From Candidatus Heimdallarchaeota archaeon B3_Heim (lineage in GTDB: Archaea; Asgardarchaeota; Heimdallarchaeia; Hodarchaeales; Hodarchaeaceae): DNA of 5,472 nucleotides. Position 1 is the first letter of the stretch, and each line of letters begins with the position of its first letter. The notes below the pieces were generated by a model, which was not told where the DNA came from, made no database searches, and saw only the letters and a program-made list of their open reading frames with translations. Below, one piece after another: positions 1 to 5,472 of the stretch. The DNA lies in assembly GCA_003144275.1 (NCBI GenBank), contig NJBF01000101.1, positions 1-5,472 on the forward strand, written 5' to 3'. Both the position numbers and the translations under genes were made by a program.

Positions 1-2
1 AG

Positions 3-3000
3 AATCCAAAACCTTATTGGTCACACGGAGCACAACAACAACCACGACCACAACAAGGGGCATCTAATATAAACTACAAAGATGCAAAAGCACCACAAGA
101 AAGTCCTAAAGCAGGGACTAATCTTAATAAGCCTCCTCAAAGGACTGACAAGTGTGCTAATTGTGGGAAACCAGGTCATACTCTGTCTAAATGTTGGGCC
201 TTACATGGTTATCCAGCATGGAGGGATAAGAAGAACAATGATGAGAAAGGTATTCCTAGTGGGTTAACGGTAATACAGCCTAGTCTCTATGGAGAGAACA
301 TGTATAACCGAGAATCCTATATGAAACGATATGATCCTTTCATATCTACAGGAAAAGTCTCTTTAAATAAGGACGATTCTAATAAATGCCAGATTAGAAT
401 ACTCAGGGATACAGGGGCAACGCAATCTATTTTATTAGAGAGTGCTCTCCCCAATGCTGTATCTAGTACCACAGGTACTAAAGTATTGATCACAGGTGTA
501 GAAATGGGATCAATTGAAATTCCTCTACACAAGGTGTATTTAGAGTCTGACTTAATAAAAGGAGATGTCATAGTAGGATTAAAAGCATCCTTACCTATAG
601 AAGGAATATCTCTCCTTCTTGGAAATGACCTGGCTGGTGACAAAGTCACTGTGGAACCACAGGTGAATGACAAGCCTTGTAATGACAAACACACTGAGGA
701 TTTGCAAAAGGAATATCCTGGCATATTTCCTGCATGTGTTGTTACAAGAGCTATGTCTAGGAAGGAAAACCAAAATACTCCTATTATCACCGAAGAGCCA
801 CATCAATATGATACAGATCTCTCAAAAACCTTTTTGGGACATGATTGGGTGGATCATAATCCACAACCCAATCCACAACAGCAGGCAACTCCTACAAGAG
901 AAACCGCTACAAGTCCTTTAGCCATATCTAGGAAAAGGTTACGAGAGGAACAGGAAAAGGATCCTGACTGTATACGACTCAAACTTAAAGCAATGACTGA
1001 AGAGGAAGCCCAAGCAGTTCCTAATGGATATTATATCCAACAGGAAATCCTCCTAAGGAAATGGCGACCTCCAGAGGTACCTGCCAATGAAGACTGGAAA
1101 GTGGTAAGGCAGATAGTTATTCCATCTAACTATCGGGAGGAGATCATGAAAATGGCTCATAGTTCTCCCATGGCTGGTCATCTTGGCGTAGCCAAAACCT
1201 TTGATAAGGTAAGGCACCATTTCTATTGGCCCAAGATGAAAGCCCAAATCGCCACTTACTGCCGAACATGTCACACATGTCAAATGATAGGAAAACCAAA
1301 CCAGGTAATTCCTAATGCACCACTACAACCAATACCTGCATTTGATGAACCATTTAGCAGGATCATTATTGATTGTGTGGGGCCATTACCAAAAACAAGG
1401 TCTGGTAATGAATATCTACTTACCATTATGTGTGCCAGTACCAGGTTTCCATGGGCAATACCTTTACGCAACATTACTACACATGCAATATGCAAAGCAC
1501 TGATAAAGTTTTTCACATTAGTTGGTCTACCACGGTCAATACAATCTGACCAAGGGACAAACTTTATGTCAAGAACCTTCCAACAGGTAATGTATCAGTT
1601 GGACATTAAACAACACACTTCTAGTGCTTATCATCCAGAGAGCCAAGGCGCTCTGGAAAGATTTCATCAGACCTTAAAAACCATGATGAAAACATATTGC
1701 TATGACAACCATAAGGATTGGGATGAAGGAATACACCTGCTGCTATTTGCAGTAAGAGAATCTAAACAAGAGTCTCTAGGTTTCAGTCCATATGAGCTAA
1801 TCTTTGGTCACCAAGTGAGAGGTCCACTAGCTCTCCTACAAGAGAGATGGCTAGAAGAAGATATTAAACCAATAAATCTTCTGGAATATGTTCATACCTT
1901 TAAAGAAAGGTTACAGAAAGCTGGAGAGATGGCTAAACAGAACCTAAAACAAGCTCAACAAAGGATGAAGGTCTGGTATGATTCAGATGCTGAAATCAGA
2001 TCCTTCAATCCAGGAGATAAGGTTCTGGTGCTGTTTCCAGTTTCTGGTAGTCTATTCCAGGCTAAATATTCTGGACCATATATCATTGGACGAAAGATAA
2101 ATGCTAGAAACTATGAGGTGAAAACACCAGGACGTCGGAAGGAATCTCAATTGTGTCATATTAATATGCTAAAAGCATATCACACAAGAGATTCTAATCC
2201 CGATGAACCTAAGGCACCCATAGCTTGCATTGGGATTGAAACCCAGGATCCTTCTACTCATCCTGATGACGACAACATACAGGAATACAGTCCGGAAGAT
2301 ATAAAAGTCAAGTTGCAAAATTCCATGGTACTTAATGACCTGGAACATAAGCTAAAACATCTCGATTCTCAAAAGAGACAAGAGTTAAAAGCTATAATTT
2401 TGCAACATACAGACATATTCACGGATGTTCCTAACAAAACCGATATAACATGTTTGGACGTTGATGTGGGAGATGCCTCCCCCATAAAACAACATCCATA
2501 TCGGCTAAGTCCTATCAAGGCTGAATATCTCCAAAAGGAGGTACAATACATGTTAGAAAACAACATCATAGAACCCAGTAACAGCAATTGGAGTTCTCCT
2601 TGCATATTAGTTCCGAAAAAGGACGGCAGTTACCGATTTTGCACAGATTTCCGAAAAGTCAATGCAGTCACAAAAACCGATTCTTATCCAATTCCAAGAA
2701 TTGAAGACTGCATTGACAAGGACGGGACAGCAAAATATGTCAGCAAATTTGATATGCTGAAAGGATACTACCAAATTCCTTTAACGGAGAAAGCAAAAGA
2801 AATATCCGCTTTCGTTACTCCTAATGGATTCTATCAATATACAGTTACACCCTTTGGAATGAAAAACTCACCAGCTGTTTTCCAAAGAATGGTGAATAAT
2901 CTCATTAGAGACATTGATGGATGTGAGGGATATATTGACGATGTCATTATATATAGTGAGACGTGGACAGATCATTTAGACCGAATCAGCAACTTCTTTA

Positions 3001-3737
3001 AAAAGATGTCTGAGGCTAAATTGACAATAAACTTACTTAAAAGTGAGTTTGGACAAGCTACAGTCACCTATTTGGGATATGTAGTAGGTCAAGGTCAGGT
3101 CAAACCTCTCACTGCAAAAATTGACACAATCGTCAAATTCCCTATTCCACAAACTCGAAAAGAATTAATGAGGTTTCTCGGTATGGCAGGTTTCTACAGA
3201 AAATTCTGTAGAAATTTCTCAGATGTAGTAGCCTGCCTGACCAATCTACTTTGCAAAAATGTAAAGTTTAAATGGACCACAGAATGTCAACAGGCCTTTA
3301 ACAGAATAAAAACTATGTTACAAAATTCACCTGTCCTTATTAGTCCAGACTATGGGAAACCTTTTAAGTTAATTATTGATGCAAGCGATATAGGCGCAGG
3401 AGGATTCGTAGCTCAAAATGACTCCCAGGGAGTAGAACACCCTGTGGGTTATTTTTCTAAAAAGTTCCTTAAACATCAAAGGAACTATTCCACCATAGAG
3501 AAAGAAACCCTCGCTCTATTGCTTGCATTAACTCATTTTGATGTGTATATGGGATCAACTCCATTTACAATTACTGTATATACTGATCATAACCCTCTTA
3601 CCTTTATTCATAAAATGAAAAATAAGAATCAGAGGTTAGTCCGATGGAGTTTAGCATTGCAAGAATATAATTTAAAAATATGTCATATAGCTGGAAAAGA
3701 GAATGTTATTGCTGATACCTTATCCAGAAGTATGTAA
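3..3737 (+). CDS. gag-pol: Gag-Pol polyprotein, 5'-partial (Gag C-terminus/NC, PR, IN, RT, RNase H)
   Basis: Manual translation of 3-299 in the frame of the 300..3737 ORF has no stop: NPKPYWSHGAQQQPRPQQGASNINYKDAKAPQESPKAGTNLNKPPQRTDKCANCGKPGHTLSKCWALHGYPAWRDKKNNDEKGIPSGLTVIQPSLYGEN, then M at 300. The ATG at 300 is therefore internal. Stop TAA at 3735-3737. Confidence 0.96.
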   Translation, partial: NPKPYWSHGAQQQPRPQQGASNINYKDAKAPQESPKAGTNLNKPPQRTDKCANCGKPGHTLSKCWALHGYPAWRDKKNNDEKGIPSGLTVIQPSLYGENMYNRESYMKRYDPFISTGKVSLNKDDSNKCQIRILRDTGATQSILLESALPNAVSSTTGTKVLITGVEMGSIEIPLHKVYLESDLIKGDVIVGLKASLPIEGISLLLGNDLAGDKVTVEPQVNDKPCNDKHTEDLQKEYPGIFPACVVTRAMSRKENQNTPIITEEPHQYDTDLSKTFLGHDWVDHNPQPNPQQQATPTRETATSPLAISRKRLREEQEKDPDCIRLKLKAMTEEEAQAVPNGYYIQQEILLRKWRPPEVPANEDWKVVRQIVIPSNYREEIMKMAHSSPMAGHLGVAKTFDKVRHHFYWPKMKAQIATYCRTCHTCQMIGKPNQVIPNAPLQPIPAFDEPFSRIIIDCVGPLPKTRSGNEYLLTIMCASTRFPWAIPLRNITTHAICKALIKFFTLVGLPRSIQSDQGTNFMSRTFQQVMYQLDIKQHTSSAYHPESQGALERFHQTLKTMMKTYCYDNHKDWDEGIHLLLFAVRESKQESLGFSPYELIFGHQVRGPLALLQERWLEEDIKPINLLEYVHTFKERLQKAGEMAKQNLKQAQQRMKVWYDSDAEIRSFNPGDKVLVLFPVSGSLFQAKYSGPYIIGRKINARNYEVKTPGRRKESQLCHINMLKAYHTRDSNPDEPKAPIACIGIETQDPSTHPDDDNIQEYSPEDIKVKLQNSMVLNDLEHKLKHLDSQKRQELKAIILQHTDIFTDVPNKTDITCLDVDVGDASPIKQHPYRLSPIKAEYLQKEVQYMLENNIIEPSNSNWSSPCILVPKKDGSYRFCTDFRKVNAVTKTDSYPIPRIEDCIDKDGTAKYVSKFDMLKGYYQIPLTEKAKEISAFVTPNGFYQYTVTPFGMKNSPAVFQRMVNNLIRDIDGCEGYIDDVIIYSETWTDHLDRISNFFKKMSEAKLTINLLKSEFGQATVTYLGYVVGQGQVKPLTAKIDTIVKFPIPQTRKELMRFLGMAGFYRKFCRNFSDVVACLTNLLCKNVKFKWTTECQQAFNRIKTMLQNSPVLISPDYGKPFKLIIDASDIGAGGFVAQNDSQGVEHPVGYFSKKFLKHQRNYSTIEKETLALLLALTHFDVYMGSTPFTITVYTDHNPLTFIHKMKNKNQRLVRWSLALQEYNLKICHIAGKENVIADTLSRSM
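153..194 (+). other. Gag nucleocapsid CCHC zinc knuckle (CANCGKPGHTLSKC)
   Basis: Exact C-X2-C-X4-H-X4-C pattern (codons at 153, 162, 177, 192), followed by W, in frame with pol. Confidence 0.95.
336..638 (+). other. Retropepsin-like aspartic protease domain
   Basis: Catalytic ILRDTGATQS (D at 408-410) and the C-terminal LLLGND motif (GND at 621-629). Boundaries are approximate. Confidence 0.92.
1107..2183 (+). other. Integrase (HHCC zinc finger, DD35E core, GPY/F C-terminal module)
   Basis: HSSPMAGH...CHTC (H 1158, H 1179, C 1269, C 1278); IIDCVGP (D 1371); SDQGTNF (D 1548); QGALERFHQTLK (E 1656, 35 residues after the second D); GFSPYELIFG; KYSGPY (GPY at 2073). No chromodomain is recognisable after it. 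Boundaries are approximate. Confidence 0.96.
2484..3098 (+). other. Reverse transcriptase domain (Ty3/gypsy type)
   Basis: IKQHPYR, WSSPCILVPKKDGSYRFCTDFRKVN, KFDMLKGYYQI (D 2751), PFGMKNSPAVFQR, YIDD (2931-2942), YLGYVV. Boundaries are approximate. Confidence 0.97.
3360..3728 (+). other. RNase H domain (Ty3/gypsy type)
   Basis: IIDASDIGAG (D 3378), NYSTIEKE (E 3504), YTDHNPL (D 3585), GKENVIADTLSR (D 3714). All four acidic residues are present. Confidence 0.96.
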
Positions 3738-4191
3738 TATATTGTATACTTATACATCAGTGGCGCCCTCTAGGGGGTGAGAAAAATACTATACCCACAT
3801 ATTGTTGTTTCCATAAGAAACGGGTACAAATTATGTATTTTAAATGTTCTTAATTAGTATATTTATGAAGACATGAACTTATGTGTTTGTTGCATTTGCA
3901 TGAAACCTCCCCCGATTGCATTTGAACCAATATATTTTATGTGCATGTCTGTCCAACATAAATTGTTTTTATGAATGTAATTATACGTAAAAATGTGGAT
4001 GAATTACAAATCTAACATGTACAGTAATTATTACGTATATGTTCATTGTACGCCCTATTGGCAGTCTTGGCATAAGTGCTCACAAGTAGCCAGTCCACAC
4101 ATATTGTACATAATAGACGTGAAAGAATATATATATTATATATAAAATATAAGTTTTCTATAATATTTACAATATTCACAAAACTTTCTTT
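3738..4191 (+). other. AT-rich 3' untranslated region between pol stop and PPT; no env-like ORF
   Basis: No ORF in the supplied track; very AT-rich; bounded by the stop codon and the PPT. Confidence 0.8.
3761..3779 (-). promoter_or_regulatory. Candidate CTCF-binding motif (CACCCCCTAGAGGGCGCCA on the - strand)
   Basis: Core CCCCTAGAGGGCGC fits the CTCF consensus CCRSYAGRKGGCRS with one deviation. It forms an isolated GC island in AT-rich sequence. Motif match only. Confidence 0.45.
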
Positions 4192-4200
4192 AGGGGAGGG
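4192..4200 (+). promoter_or_regulatory. Polypurine tract (plus-strand primer) AGGGGAGGG
   Basis: AAAACTTTCTTT-AGGGGAGGG-TA-TGTTA: a T-rich run, a purine tract, a 2-nt spacer, then TG. This is the typical gypsy PPT/3' LTR junction downstream of pol. Confidence 0.85.
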
Positions 4201-4226
4201 TATGTTATATATTTATTTATTTGATG

Positions 4227-4246
4227 ATAATAATAATAATAATAAT
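4227..4246 (+). repeat. (AAT)6 microsatellite near the LTR start
   Basis: ATAATAATAATAATAATAAT read directly from the sequence. Confidence 0.9.
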
Positions 4247-4661
4247 CATTGAAATATATATTATAATTTAGTTATTAATTATGGGCTGTTATGTTATAAC
4301 ATTTGATGATATTCTATTGCATATCCGTATTTGATAATTAGTGATTTATTTATTAGTGCCTTGTAAAAAGCTTGTTCTTAAAAACTATTCTTGTTATGTG
4401 TGGTCAGGACGCCTAGTCAGGCAGATCAATACTACAATGGAACTAGCAGGGAGCTATGTATCTTCACCCGTGACCAAGTGAACATAAATGTCACAACACC
4501 AAAATGCACATATCAGAGATCATTCTGGGAAAAATGCCAACATGGCAACATGGCCACTGGACATAATAATATGGAGATGAGAATCACAGTACGTAAATAA
4601 TACCATCTTCCAGGATCCGTACAACACCACAATTGGTAACTCTCTCTCTTTCCTGATATGA

Positions 4662-4674
4662 TATAAATATAAAA
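4662..4674 (+). promoter_or_regulatory. Candidate LTR TATA box (TATAAA/TATAAAA in tandem); a second candidate TATAAAG lies at 4851-4857
   Basis: TATAAATATAAAA in the middle of the putative LTR, preceded by a (CT)5 pyrimidine run. Motif only, in AT-rich DNA. Confidence 0.35.
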
Positions 4675-5247
4675 TCATTCCTATAGGTTTTATTGACAGT
4701 TTGGCATAAGTACAAACCTTAAACCAAGGATAAGATAGAAGGAATATATGAAGACAGTGTAACCAAATAGGTTAATGAAAGCTCTATTAGGAGTCCTACA
4801 ACTCATGGAAGTAAAAATCACCCATCTGTTATTAAAAGGCTAATAGAAGTTATAAAGTGCAGAGAACTCAACTCTGATAGCTGATTCACCATAGAAGTGA
4901 GAAAAGCATACTGTTCATATATATCTAAAAGCCACAGGCAGTTTACATCATACGGTTCAAAATTCGAGCCACACAGAGTGACAAACTATATGCATATAGC
5001 AACCCAAGGCAAAGATAGTTCATCAGGACCCCCATTTCCATGGACTATAATTATTGACCTTCTAGGTGTCACCACACACAACCTCTATAGAATAATATGT
5101 TTTATTTGTATATGTTGTATATATTTTTGTGCCCCATTGGCATGTGTTTTTGTTTTAACAATATTTGAATTTACACAATGCCTTGTTTATTTATCCCTCA
5201 GCTTTAACAATTATCTTTCTGATACTTCCTAACAACAGGACGTAACA

Positions 5248-5472
5248 ACAACCTTCAGGGACGAGACAGACAGTCCCAGGGACGAGACAGACAGTCCTGT
5301 GGCAGAGTGCACATCCCCTTGGGGGAAGTTGGTAGGAGGCCTCCTCGAGGATCCATGCCAAGGGATGGATCAGATAGGTATGGAGCTGGGCCGAGGCTCA
5401 TCCCACTAGATATATATACCTCCTATAAACCCTTATGAGGGAATGAATGCTTGCTCCCCTTCCCAGGGTATG
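5248..5472. other. GC-rich flanking sequence of unknown identity (host DNA or another repeat)
   Basis: Abrupt GC increase after 5247; no recognisable protein in any frame; many short palindromes. Confidence 0.5.
5256..5297. repeat. Perfect 2 x 21-bp tandem repeat (CAGGGACGAGACAGACAGTCC)
   Basis: 5256-5276 and 5277-5297 are identical. Confidence 0.95.

Larger units (their letters stand above)
1..5247 (+). mobile_element. Ty3/gypsy-type LTR retrotransposon, Gmr1-like (PR-IN-RT-RH order); 5' LTR, PBS and most of gag lie upstream of the window
   Basis: Gag zinc knuckle, PR, IN, RT and RH motifs in one ORF, then a PPT and a TG-initiated LTR-like region. Gypsy-type motifs with IN before RT match the established Gmr1-like architecture. 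The right boundary is inferred. Confidence 0.93.
4203..5247 (+). repeat. Probable 3' LTR (~1045 bp, TGTTA...TAACA)
   Basis: Starts TGTTA right after the PPT. CGTAACA at 5241-5247 gives a 5-bp terminal inverted repeat and lies at a sharp compositional change (about 27% GC at 5081-5230 versus about 59% at 5251-5400, counted by hand). Not followed by a TGG-type PBS, as expected for a 3' LTR. Alternative TAACA ends occur at 4301, 5160, 5209 and 5234. The start is well supported; the end is inferred. Confidence 0.6.

Noticed and set aside
82-267. 61-aa + strand ORF, and the other short + ORFs at 667..921 and 1315..1503
   Set aside because: Alternative-frame shadows overlapping gag-pol, with no recognisable motifs.
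300-302. ATG at 300 as the start of the polyprotein
   Set aside because: The frame is open upstream to the window edge and encodes the Gag zinc knuckle, so the true start is outside the window.
2184-2483. Chromodomain or extra domain after integrase
   Set aside because: The segment is an acidic, Pro-rich linker leading into the usual pre-RT helix; no chromodomain aromatic-cage pattern is visible.
317-2605. Antisense ORFs (317..790, 591..806, 1053..1283, 1280..1516, 2369..2605)
   Set aside because: All lie opposite a long conserved ORF, where antisense open frames are common; none shows a recognisable domain.
3761-3768. TGGCGCCC as a tRNA-Lys primer-binding site
   Set aside because: It matches only the first 8 nt, and it lies after pol rather than just downstream of a 5' LTR.
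3894-3901. Perfect octamer ATTTGCAT (POU site) in the 3' UTR
   Set aside because: A single 8-mer in AT-rich DNA with no correctly spaced Sox partner site; plausible by chance.
4391-5232. ORFs 4391..4600 and 4897..5232 as a broken env gene (sequons NGT/NVT, Cys residues, C-terminal hydrophobic stretch)
   Set aside because: Both lie downstream of the PPT inside the putative LTR, lack ATG at the annotated starts, are in different frames, and are separated by about 300 nt; continuing the first frame hits another stop within 13 codons.
5256-5297. 21-bp repeat as a CRISPR array
   Set aside because: Two directly adjacent units with no spacer, eukaryotic retroelement context, and no cas genes.
5337-5354. 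Adjacent StuI, XhoI and BamHI sites suggesting vector polylinker contamination
   Set aside because: Only three overlapping sites, with no order I recognise from a vector and no other vector sequence; better explained by local palindromic GC-rich DNA. A VecScreen search would settle it.

Overview
Eukaryotic DNA. Most of the window (1 to about 5247) is the 3' part of one LTR retrotransposon on the + strand. A single uninterrupted reading frame runs from the window edge (codon at 3) to the stop at 3735-3737. It encodes the Gag tail with a CCHC zinc knuckle (missed by the ATG-based ORF track), aspartic protease, integrase, reverse transcriptase and RNase H, in that order. The domains carry Ty3/gypsy signatures (H-X6-H...C-X2-C, DD35E, GPY/F, YIDD, DAS...ADxLSR), but integrase lies upstream of RT as in Ty1/copia. 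This combination defines the known Gmr1-like group, so the system is unusual but not undescribed. After the stop come an AT-rich 3' UTR of about 455 nt, a polypurine tract (4192-4200) and a probable 3' LTR starting TGTTA at 4203 and most likely ending CGTAACA at 5247; the end cannot be confirmed without the 5' LTR. The rest is a GC-rich flank with a perfect 21-bp tandem duplication and dense short palindromes. The non-coding signals most worth checking are a strong CTCF-type motif 24 nt after the stop codon and a ~22-nt motif duplicated between the 3' UTR and the LTR just downstream of a TATA-like box. The host species cannot be determined from this window.
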